DNA of 64,000 nucleotides from Eledone cirrhosa (taxonomy: Eukaryota): assembly GCA_964016885.1 (NCBI GenBank), contig OZ024762.1, positions 1,178,001 to 1,242,000 of the forward strand, read 5' to 3'. This document shows positions 1 to 9,618 of the stretch, one piece after another. Position 1 is the first letter of the stretch; each line of letters begins with the position of its first letter. A program made the translations under genes and the position numbers. Under the pieces are notes generated by a model. It saw nothing but the letters and a program-made list of their open reading frames with translations. It did not search any database and was not told the DNA's origin.

Positions 1-1092
1 ACTAAATACCACAAGTCTTAATAATCAGTTTCTGATTTAAACACAAGGCCAACCGTTTTAGGGGAGGGAAAGTCGATTGAATCGACCCCAGTGCGTTACT
101 GGTACTTTATTTTATCGACTTCGTAATGATGAAAGGCAAAACTAACCTCGGCAGGATTTGAGCTCAGAACGTAAAGGACCATAACTCTATGCCTCAAAGC
201 ATGGTGTCCGACGCTCCACCGATTATACTGCCCTAATGGTAATAATAATGGTTTCTGATTTAAGCACACGGTAAAATATTTTTGTATGGAGGGGAAAAGT
301 CGATTAAATCTCCCCCAGTTGGTGGCTGGTACTTTATTTTATCGACCCTGAAAGGACGAAAGGCAAAGTCGATCTCGGAAGGATTTGAAACCAGAATGTA
401 ATGGGCCTGAGTAGCAGCAGCTGTAGCTGGGAGTTAACCCTGCGATGGACTGGCGTCATGTCCAGGGGTGTTTGTACTCTCAGTCAGTTAACGGAGAGGA
501 AATCGGGTTGAGCGTCAATCATGGCAATCAATGATGGGCGAGCCTTCAGGCCTGGGACAAACTTTAACTTTAAAGTTCTCAGGAGAGATCCAGCTGGGGC
601 GGATCAACGTCGCATTTCAACACCTTAACAGTTGTCAATTCACCAGAGTAAGGGTTTCATTAATAATCATGTAGGTAGCAGAGTCGTTAAAACGTCGGTC
701 AAATATACTTAGCAATATTTGTCCTGAGTTTATATCACGTCGAGGTTGATAAAATTAACCACCAGTAAAATACTAGGGTTCGATATAATAGACATTCTCC
801 CTTCCTAACAATTGCTGGTCTTGTGTCAAATTTAATAACCATGAGTTGCTTCCCCTTATTCAGTCATGAAAACATTTTTTCCCCTTAAACCAGATCCATT
901 ATTTCAAACAATTTGCAGAAATATAAAAATATCTAACTCATGTCTTCACATTTAAAAGAACATCAAGCTGAATTATATTGAAATAAATAAAAGAAAAAGA
1001 AGCATTTTTGATTTATCAAACCTGGATAAAGTTTTGATTATATTATAAATCATTATTTTATTTCTTGAAATAAAATTTAAAAAAATAAATGT

Positions 1093-2568
1093 TTAATAAT
1101 CTCCAAAGTGCTTAATTCTGTAAAGTAAAGCTTGTCCTTTGTTGTTAGCGATAGTGATATATCCGCTGTTTGGAGAAATGTCCACAAGTTGGGGATATTG
1201 TAGAGTTGTATCTAATGTGTCTGGGAAATTTCTGAAAACTGTCATGGAAGGTAAGTGTATTAACTTGACACCTTTTTCTGAATGACGAGAGGCAGCAGCA
1301 AGGATCTCGTTAGAATGGTTAAACAGTAATGGTTTACAGACTGTTGTGAGGTTCATTATAGCTTTTAAAGGTTGTGGGGTTGTGGAGGACATACATGTAT
1401 CCACATCGTAAATATTTACCACACCAGTATCAGAACCACATGCTAAATATTTGTTGTTAGGTGATACAGACAGAGCTGTACCATTAACGCAGCCTTCGTC
1501 GTAGAATCTGTGAATGCAACATCGGTTATCCATATCCCAAACATAAACCTGGCCATCACTCCCGAAAGAAAACATCCTACGACCGTCTTTGGAGAAGCCT
1601 GCAGCATCGACTGAACCGTTCATTTTAAGACTAGTAAGATATTCTTTGGAAGTTGAAGAGACCAGATGCATATAACCGTATTGGCCGAAAAACACGATAT
1701 AACGACCGTCCGGCGAGAGGATAAACTCTGATAGTTTATTATTATCAAGAGAATTAAATTTATTAACTCTGATCAATTTAGCTGACTCCATGTCAAAGTA
1801 AGAAAAATAATTATAACCAGACCCTAAAACAATCTGGAGACCATCACTACTGAAATGACTACATTTAATAGGAAGACGATCAACAAAAATTGTATGAATT
1901 TTCCGGTTTTTTTCTCCGTCGACCTGGAAAAGGTTAAAACGGAAATCATTTCCAGCAGTCAAAACAACTGTAGATTTCGGATGAAATTCCAAAGCAGTTA
2001 AATAATTATCAGGGTTTTCTCGATTTGCGTCCGTACATTTTTTCAGATCGATATTGAGAGTTGGAAGAGATAATGATTTTGTTATGTAATTACCCGTACT
2101 TTGTAATAATCCAACACTACCACCATGAACTATTTCGTCGTCATCGTCTGAATCACTTGTAGTAGTTTTAGATGAAACTTTCTTCCGTTTTGTCGTCTTT
2201 AGTCGGGCCCATTTCGGTGTTTCTAATGCAAACTGAAATGAAGGCCTTACAACAGTCACCTTATTTTCATATTCAGCTTCATCGTCTAAATCCTTCCAAA
2301 CAGCTTTTTTACTCGCCGATTGCTTATTAATGACAGCCTTTTTAGGGAGTTTCTTTTTCTTTTTCTTTTTCTTCAAATCAAAATTATTCTCAATTTGATC
2401 AATAACAGAAGTATCGTCTCCAAAAACCACGTGCTCGAGCCGACGTAAAGTTTTGTCCTTAAGTTTCTTTGATTTAACCTGAGATTTAGAAAGTCTTTTA
2501 CGTTTTGGCTGCATGGCCACCAATTTTTTCTCAACCTTCGCAGGTTGAATTTTTTTTTCGATCTCCAT
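1093..2568 (-). CDS. UTP18: U3 snoRNA-associated protein 18 homolog (WD40 SSU processome component), intronless
   Basis: Single ORF, first in-frame ATG at 2568 (the track starts at a TTG at 2610). Motifs LEHVVFG, AVWKDLDD, PKWA, LFQVDGEKN, LKMNG, NLTT, KLIHLPSMTVFRNFP, SPNSGY and the C-terminus LYRIKHFGDY match the UTP18 family. AATAAA on minus at 1057-1062. Confidence 0.93.
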   Translation of the reverse strand: MEIEKKIQPAKVEKKLVAMQPKRKRLSKSQVKSKKLKDKTLRRLEHVVFGDDTSVIDQIENNFDLKKKKKKKKLPKKAVINKQSASKKAVWKDLDDEAEYENKVTVVRPSFQFALETPKWARLKTTKRKKVSSKTTTSDSDDDDEIVHGGSVGLLQSTGNYITKSLSLPTLNIDLKKCTDANRENPDNYLTALEFHPKSTVVLTAGNDFRFNLFQVDGEKNRKIHTIFVDRLPIKCSHFSSDGLQIVLGSGYNYFSYFDMESAKLIRVNKFNSLDNNKLSEFILSPDGRYIVFFGQYGYMHLVSSTSKEYLTSLKMNGSVDAAGFSKDGRRMFSFGSDGQVYVWDMDNRCCIHRFYDEGCVNGTALSVSPNNKYLACGSDTGVVNIYDVDTCMSSTTPQPLKAIMNLTTVCKPLLFNHSNEILAAASRHSEKGVKLIHLPSMTVFRNFPDTLDTTLQYPQLVDISPNSGYITIANNKGQALLYRIKHFGDY

Positions 2569-3256
2569 TTGTAAAGGCAACAATAAATATCTTAAAAGAC
2601 GATACAACAAGAGGAAGCCATGTTATGAATTAAGAATTAAGGGGAGATAAACGATGTTTAAAAACAGGAGAGTGTTACACGTAGCAATGTTGATACAAAC
2701 AAATCAGAGGAGGGGATCGCCGTCGATTTCGACGAGGAGCATTCAGTTCATGTAACCGAAAGTCAAACGGGAATTTTCTTTCACTCTCTCGTTTTATTTT
2801 TTTTTTTTCGCACATTAATTTTTATTGATTTGTTTATTTTGTAAATTGCAAATAAATCTCCAAATCAAACGAAAAATAACAATGTCTTATTTTTATTATA
2901 ACCCCCTAATTAACTAAAAAAAACAAAAAAAACTTCCGACGGGTTTGAAGGCCAGATTCATTTAAAACATATCAAAAACCATAAAAAAGATCCCCACCAA
3001 AGCAAGAGGAGAGTAATAAAAAAAAAAAAAGATGTACATTGTGTATTTACTTTGTTGATCGTATGTGTATATATATATTTAATATATATTTGTTTCCGAA
3101 TAGATTAGGGTGTAGTCTGTCGCTCCCTTACTTTCGCTATTTAATTTAATCATTCCATTCTTTTACATATATGAACTCTGATCAGTTATATATTTCTTTC
3201 TTTAATTGATCAATATAAACCCTAACTAATAATAACTTTAATTGTCAAGTAATAAG

Positions 3257-3630
3257 TAGGGTTCTTCCGAAGGATCTTCGGATGAACGGTACTCGATAGA
3301 GTGCGTAGCTCAGAGATGAGAGAGTCACTCCAGGTATGGCCACTACTTCTCCAAATTGAGAGATCACATTTCCAATACTATAGACATGTGGTTAGAATGT
3401 CTCAGGAAAGACTTGTTGGTTGGATTTTACAGGCAAAAAAACATGCAGGAGAACCCAGGGGTAAACGCCGAGCAAGATGGTTGGATAACATCCATGAGCT
3501 TGGCTGGTCTTGTTTGGGGATCCAGCCGGATCAGTTGGAGACGGTTGCCTCTGACAGGACTCACTGGAAGGAGTGTTTGGCTAATCTTCCCCCAACAACC
3601 CTCAGGAATAAATGGGAGAAGAAAAGAGGA
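3257..3630 (+). mobile_element. RTE-like LINE 3' fragment
   Basis: Degenerate ORF end (HVVRMSQERL...RGKRRARWLDNI...ASDRTHWK) with GAA tail. Copies at 19450-19760, 21910-22260(-), 34420-34560(-) and 56296-56935. Confidence 0.7.
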
Positions 3631-3744
3631 AGAACAAACATGTAGATGAAAACAAAAACGTGTGTTGATTAGATTTTGTTTTATAGGAATTATTAAGGAA
3701 TTATTAAGAAATTACACCGGTAAAAAAGAGAAAGCACTTCCCTT

Positions 3745-3763
3745 TACCCATAATCCTCTTGTG
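3745..3763 (+). promoter_or_regulatory. ZNF143/Staf-like site in the UTP18-RPL15 divergent promoter
   Basis: TACCCATAATCCTCTTGTG resembles the Staf-binding consensus YYCCCANNATGCMYYRCR and lies about 15-30 nt upstream of the RPL15 TCT start. Confidence 0.35.
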
Positions 3764-3774
3764 AAATCAAATTT

Positions 3775-3806
3775 CTCTCTTTCCGGTGGTGCCTCCATTT
3801 GAATCG
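3775..3806 (+). promoter_or_regulatory. RPL15: RPL15 TCT/5'TOP start and non-coding exon 1
   Basis: CTCTCTTTCC pyrimidine initiator typical of ribosomal protein genes, followed by donor G|GTATGT at 3807. Matching acceptor TTTCAG ends at 6088, 9 nt before the ATG. Confidence 0.7.
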
Positions 3807-4009
3807 GTATGTGCAATTTCTAACCTTCTTTTAACCTGCCTTAATCTGCATGATTTTACTCGACCATCGTACATAATTTTTGTTTTAATTAATAGCCAGA
3901 TAAATCTGTGAGACATTTTTTCAAATATTTGTATTAGATTTTAAAAACTTTTCACACTAAATGTTAAACAAATCACCGTTACACACCACGAGTATATATA
4001 TACGTCTCT

Positions 4010-4102
4010 GTGAAATAATGATGAATTGATTCATTACAGTTTAAATGTGATTTTAAAGACGATAATACAATTGTGCTTTTAATTCGATCTTTCTGATTTA
4101 CA
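4010..4102 (+). ncRNA. Candidate C/D box snoRNA in RPL15 intron 1
   Basis: C box ATGATGA at 4018-4024, D box CTGA at 4093-4096, 79-nt span, weak terminal stem. No target recognised. Confidence 0.3.
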
Positions 4103-4839
4103 TAAATATTTTATCAGTTTTCTTATATACCTTGCCGGGGTGGGTATGATTGCTTGCATGTGTAGCATTCAATGGCTATAGCATAATACATGTGTAGCAC
4201 TTGATGGCTACATTAACAGACTTGTATGTATATATACACACCTGTATAGCAGTTGATCGCTACATTAACATACGTGTGTGTATATATATATATATATACA
4301 TGCATGTGTAGTAGTTGATGGTTATATTGATGTATGTGTATATATATTTATGTGTGTGTAAATAATTGTGTAGCACTTGATCGCTATATTAACATACGTG
4401 TATATATATGTGTAGTAGTTGTAGTTAATATATATATATAGTGATATATATACATGTGTAGTAGTTATTGATTTACACGTACCACGAGACATATATATAT
4501 GTGTGTGTGTATATATATATGTGAAACAATCGTAATTATGTATAATCAAGAAAGACCCTAATGTGAAACATCGCTTTCCTCTCAATATATATATATATAT
4601 ATATATATATGTGTATATACACATACACACAATCAGATATATATATTGAGAGTAAAGCGATGTTTCACGTTAGGGTCTTTCTCGATTATACATAATTACG
4701 ATCGTTTCACAGCTGGGTGGCTCAGGGTCTTCAGATTTGTTAATTGAGCAAATCAAAAATCTCGTTTCATGTCCTAGCATTGAGTGATGTTGGTATTAAC
4801 CTCAGTAAACCTCGGATCTACTAATGCACCTATTACGTA

Positions 4840-4897
<58 letters not shown>

Positions 4898-5834
4898 GCC
4901 TTCTCAACACTGGCGTTATACCAGAAGTGTAATCCCACATCGGCAATCGGACCTATAATTGGTATTGTGTTTAAACTGTTGAACCAACAGTAACTAAGCT
5001 GTGTGTATATATATCAAATAATGGTAGTTGAGATTTAATCCCGTCTTTATCATTATTTTATAAATGACTACTCCGTCACTCAGTATCACCTACCTGGGAG
5101 AAACTACTGATGTGTAGTGTTTTGGGAGAGCTAGGACCTGTTTGTCCTCATAAATGATCGAAGGTTTTTCCATCCTATCCAGTGACTTCGTTTGGGTGTG
5201 TATATATATATATATGTGACCAATTTAATATAGAAATGGCTTCTACAGGACTGGAACTGTTTCATTCGAAGGTTTACTAGTATCATTGGCCGTGTTTGGT
5301 TTTATTTGATGTTGGTCTCATGGTAGCCATGTGGTTAAATCCATATGTGGTCATTCACAACACTGTCACGGATTTTGGAGTTTAAAATGGCCTCGTATCA
5401 TTATTACTACTACTGCTACTCCCCAAGGGCGATAGAAATATTTCTGAATTGAGGGGTGGGGGCAAATTTGGTCAATTTATTTGTAGTGGTTGGTTTAGCT
5501 CTTTGCACTCTAAAAGGATAAAAAATGCAATTTGAGTCCAAGCCTGTCAATATTTACAGCTTTCAATAATTATAAAGTGATTATAGCAACTTGTGAAATA
5601 TCTCTCAATAGATATACTAGCAATTGGTAAATAGTGGTATGTGTAGAAAGACTTATGACATGACAAAATATTTACTATGAAATAAGGTAAAAATCATTTA
5701 GTCGTCCATTCGTAACGTGCCTTAGTTACATACACACATCTACAGGTAAATACATACGGAAGGGTCTGTGAAACGCTATAGCGATGTGTGTTGTGTTCCT
5801 TTAGGGATTACCAGCTACATAGTCTATTCGTTAA

Positions 5835-6026
5835 CCCTTTAATGTTCAAAACTGGCCAGAATTCTCTACCTATTTCTGTTGAAACTGGCTGTAACTGGTC
5901 TTTCAAACTGATAAGGTGTTGTTCTCAAAATAAATTTCAAAATCTCACAAATTCGATATTATGTGAGGTAAGGCCTTTACTGTGAACATACAATAGTATA
6001 TATAGAGTAATGTAAATGGTAAAGGG
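5835..6026 (+). mobile_element. piggyBac-type MITE (TTAA target duplication, CCCTTTA termini)
   Basis: TTAA|CCCTTTAATGTT...AATGGTAAAGGG|TTAA. Other copies near 9050, 9860, 12180, 20570(-), 26205, 34876-35167, 38137 and 42013. Confidence 0.7.
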
Positions 6027-6097
6027 TTAATACAAATGTCTGAACAGTTACAATGGTGACATGTATTGAAGTATCTTCTCCATTTCAGCCAGTCAAG

Positions 6098-6269
6098 ATG
6101 GGTGCCTACAAGTATATACAGATGATCTATCGCAAGAAGCAAAGCGATGTAATGAGATTTCTTCTGCGTGTCCGCTGCTGGCAGTATCGTCAGTTGAACG
6201 TTCTTCACAGAGCTCCAAGACCATCCAGACCAGAGAAGGCCAGACGTCTTGGATACAAGTCCAAACAAG
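6098..6269 (+). CDS. RPL15: 60S ribosomal protein L15 (eL15), coding exon 1
   Basis: [32 protein letters not shown]...[11 protein letters not shown]; 172 nt, donor GTATTG, phase 1. Confidence 0.97.
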
Positions 6270-6936
6270 GTATTGTTTTTATTGGTGGAGTCTTTGTGAC
6301 CTAGAGTTACGGCCCTTTATGTTCTGGTGTCAAATCCTGCCGAGGTTAGCTCTACCATTCATCCTTAATAAAGTACCAGTAATGCACTGGGGTCGATTTA
6401 ATCGACTTTCCCCCACCACGCAAAGAAAATTGTTGTCCATGTGTGTAAATGTGAAATCATCCTTACGGGGTCGATAAAATAAAGTACCAGTAATGTAATG
6501 GGTATTTGCTGGCTTTGTGCCTAAAGTAGAAACAATTATTATTATTACTCCTCCTTTATGTTATGTTCCAAACCAGGAGAGAGTTTGTTGTGTAATTAAG
6601 TCTCTCCTGAGCAGCGAATTAAAAGATTCGTTAGAACGTCAAATAGAATACCTTGTAGTATTTGTACCGGCTTTCGTCCTTTCGGGGTTGATAAAATAAA
6701 GTACCAGTCTAGTATTGATTTTCCCCTCCCTTTCTCGATTACTTGAAAATCCTGGGCAGTGTCTTTAGTTAGATATGTAATGAAAGGGTTAATCTTGACA
6801 AATGAAAGAAACTGCCTATGATTTTGATAATCAAGAATCTGAAGGGATTTAGTAATGACTAATTATTTGGTTGGTGTTTGAGACGTGTCCTAACAGAGGT
6901 TTTTATATGGAAATATGATGGAAGGTTTTAAATCAA

Positions 6937-7129
6937 TGACATTTCCTGCAAGTGGTGCAGCCACTCTAGATGTTTTCTATCATGGCTACTAGTCTCTATT
7001 CCCTGTCATAAGTTAGAAGGGGCTCTCTCAGTGTTGTGACCAGTCCAGTGTGTGAAGATGTCAGATCAGGATTTTCTGTGCCCTGAATATAAACACTCCA
7101 ACAAAGGGCTGCTTGGTATCAAAACAGTC
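6937..7129 (+). ncRNA. Candidate H/ACA snoRNA (SNORA63/E3-like 3' hairpin) in RPL15 intron 2
   Basis: 5' domain closed by GACATTTC/GAAGATGTC. H box AGATCA at 7063-7068. 3' hairpin with upper stem GCCCT/AGGGC 14 nt before ACA (7124-7126). Pocket strands CTGT and TGCTTGGT pair with conserved 28S GCCAAGCG-UUC-AUAG. Confidence 0.55.
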
Positions 7130-7602
7130 AATGACTTCTTGGCAGTTTTATCACTATATTTCTACTAAAATATATTATCTCTTAGTTTCAATTAATTTTG
7201 AAAATAATTTTAAAAGTGAAAAATTTAATAAAATAACTGTTTTATTGAAGATAGCTTAAAACTTTTCTAAATTAAAATTATAGGTTTTTATGGACAAGGT
7301 TAACTTTGTGCCTTTCGTTCTTTCTTCGGGGTTGATAGAGAAAAAAACTACCAGTTTAGTACTGGGGTCGATTCTTCCTCTATATTTCTGGAAGAAATCT
7401 GCTGTGTTCAGTCCTTGAAATACCCAAGAAATGCTGTATGTCATTACAACTCCACCAGGAGTTACAGGACCATATCATGAACACTTTAAAACCTGCGATG
7501 TTGTATAATACCAGGGGCAGTTTAGGGTCTGTATGAAATGAAAAGGGTTAGCTATATATATATTAAGGGTGTTTTCAACTTAATCCATTTTCTATATTTC
7601 AG

Positions 7603-7739
7603 GATATGTTATCTATAGAATCCGTATTCGCCGTGGTGGTCGCAAGCGACCTGTACCAAAGGGTGCCACTTATGGTAAACCCAAGACCCATGGTGTCAAT
7701 CAACTGAAGTTTGCCAGGTGTCTGAGAGCTGTTGCTGAG
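7603..7739 (+). CDS. RPL15: 60S ribosomal protein L15, coding exon 2
   Basis: TTTCAG acceptor; [46 protein letters not shown]; 137 nt; donor GTATGT. Not in the ORF track. Confidence 0.97.
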
Positions 7740-8375
7740 GTATGTACTACTGTAGTTATACAAATAACCTTAGGTGTGTCTGTTATAAACTGAAGTACTC
7801 AATACATCACACTACATACAGATGTCTGAGTGTTAACTTTACAAATGTCCTGGGGAAGTACTAAATACATTCACACTGCTATATTTATATAAACTGAAGT
7901 ACTCAATACATCACACTACATACAGTGTTGTTGCTGGAGTAATATTTATATAAATAACCATTAACATTTACATTACTATTATATTTTCATAATTATCTCA
8001 TGTAATTTGCCTTTCATCCTTACGGGGTCGATAAAATAAAGTACCAGTAATGCACTGGGTATTTGCTGGCCTTGTGCCTAACGTAGAAACAATTATCTCA
8101 TGTAATATGGAATCTACGAGGTTTTGATGATGTTATTTATTTTGAGAAGAATCCCTTAATGTTGGTATGAGTGGCCAGTTTGACAGAAGGTGGTGAGAAC
8201 ATTCTGACTGGTTTAAACGCTAAAGGGTTAAAGTATTCTCAAAATGAATATCGAGTTGTTTACTGTGAAAATACAATTGTATATATAGAGTAATGTAAAT
8301 GTTAAAGGTTTAAATATATATTCTAAGGGTGTAGATTTTTAGATTTTCAATTTGTGTGTGTGTATATATATTGAT

Positions 8376-8633
8376 AGCCCACAGTACTGGGGCCAAGAAG
8401 ACCACAAATAGGATGCAGAATGGGTATAATAGTAAAGTAGAGGATTGACTGTGAGCCCAGCTGGTGTCGGTTACCTCTTCTAAGAAGTAACTTTTCAAAA
8501 CTGGATTCACAGTTGATCCTCTGCCTAATATAAATAGTTATATTTGGAGGTGGCCATGTTGCCAATAAAAACCTGCACTGTTTGATTTTCACTTCAGTTT
8601 TATTAATAGTTTAAGTTCTTTCACCACACATTC
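8376..8633 (+). ncRNA. Candidate structured intronic RNA (multi-hairpin H/ACA-like or pre-miRNA-like) in RPL15 intron 3
   Basis: 24-bp stem 8437-8460/8501-8524 with 1 mismatch and 4 G-U pairs, so it folds best on the + strand. ANANNA boxes near 8426 and 8528, a further hairpin, and ACA near 8626-8630. Confidence 0.4.
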
Positions 8634-9312
8634 TATGACCTGATCAATATGTACAGGGGACTGGGAGGTGTTTGTTGTGGCATCAGCACTTCTTGGTGGA
8701 CTGGGTTATCGCAGCTATTCTTTAGTGACATGTAACATCCATTTTTCCACACTAGCATGGGTTAGACGAGTTGTGAGACAAGTCAGATCAGGTAACCATG
8801 TCTTGCTCATGCATAACTGTTTCTGGTTTGGTTTCTACAGCTGGATGCCCTTCCTAATGCCAACTTTTTTTTTTATATATATATTATACTGTCATCGGTA
8901 CGAGCTCGTTACATGGTGGTCGAGAAGTTTTTGTTTTGTTGCCAGCATATTGAGGAAATGTTTGATCTGTTTTGAATTCTGTCACTAATTGTTTAATGGA
9001 CATTAAATGGTTGTGAAAATGTGTAGTCCTTTGTTCCATTTATTTTTAAACCGGCCGTATCCGGCTAGAAATTTTCTCACCTCTTTCTGTTCAAACCACC
9101 CACTCATACTGATGTTAAGGTATTGTTCTCAAAATAAATATCATCAAAAAATCTCAGATTCAATATTATGAGATAAAACCATTACCACAAAAATACAATA
9201 GTATATCTAGAGTAATGTAAAGGGTTAGGATGATTAGCCCCAGTAGTTAACTGTTTTCTTTCAACTCTTTGGAAATATGTATAATAATGTTGTTTTTTAT
9301 TTTGTCTTGCAG

Positions 9313-9618
9313 GACAAGGTTGGTCGTCGTTGTAAATCTCTGCGAGTACTTAACTCATACTGGGTTGCTGAAGATTCCACATTCAAGTTCTTTGAGGTGA
9401 TCCTCGTTGACCCATTTCACAAAGCTATTCGCCGTGATCCCAAGATAAACTGGATCTGTAAGGCCGTACACAAGCACAGAGAGATGAGAGGTTTGACATC
9501 TGCTGGTCGCTCGTCCAGAGGTCTAGGAAAGGGTCATGGCTTCCACAAGACCATTGGTGGCTCCCGTCATGCTTCCTGGAAACGCAGGCAGATCCTTTCT
9601 CTGCGAAGAAAGCGATAA
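9313..9618 (+). CDS. RPL15: 60S ribosomal protein L15, coding exon 3
   Basis: [34 protein letters not shown]...[13 protein letters not shown]...LRRKR*. Total 172+137+306 nt = 204 aa. AATAAA at 9726. Confidence 0.97.
   Translation, partial: DKVGRRCKSLRVLNSYWVAEDSTFKFFEVILVDPFHKAIRRDPKINWICKAVHKHREMRGLTSAGRSSRGLGKGHGFHKTIGGSRHASWKRRQILSLRRKR

Noticed and set aside
5066-5190. Multi-stem segment in RPL15 intron 1 containing CTGATGT
   Set aside because: No complete hammerhead core or convincing snoRNA boxes; the short stems could be chance.
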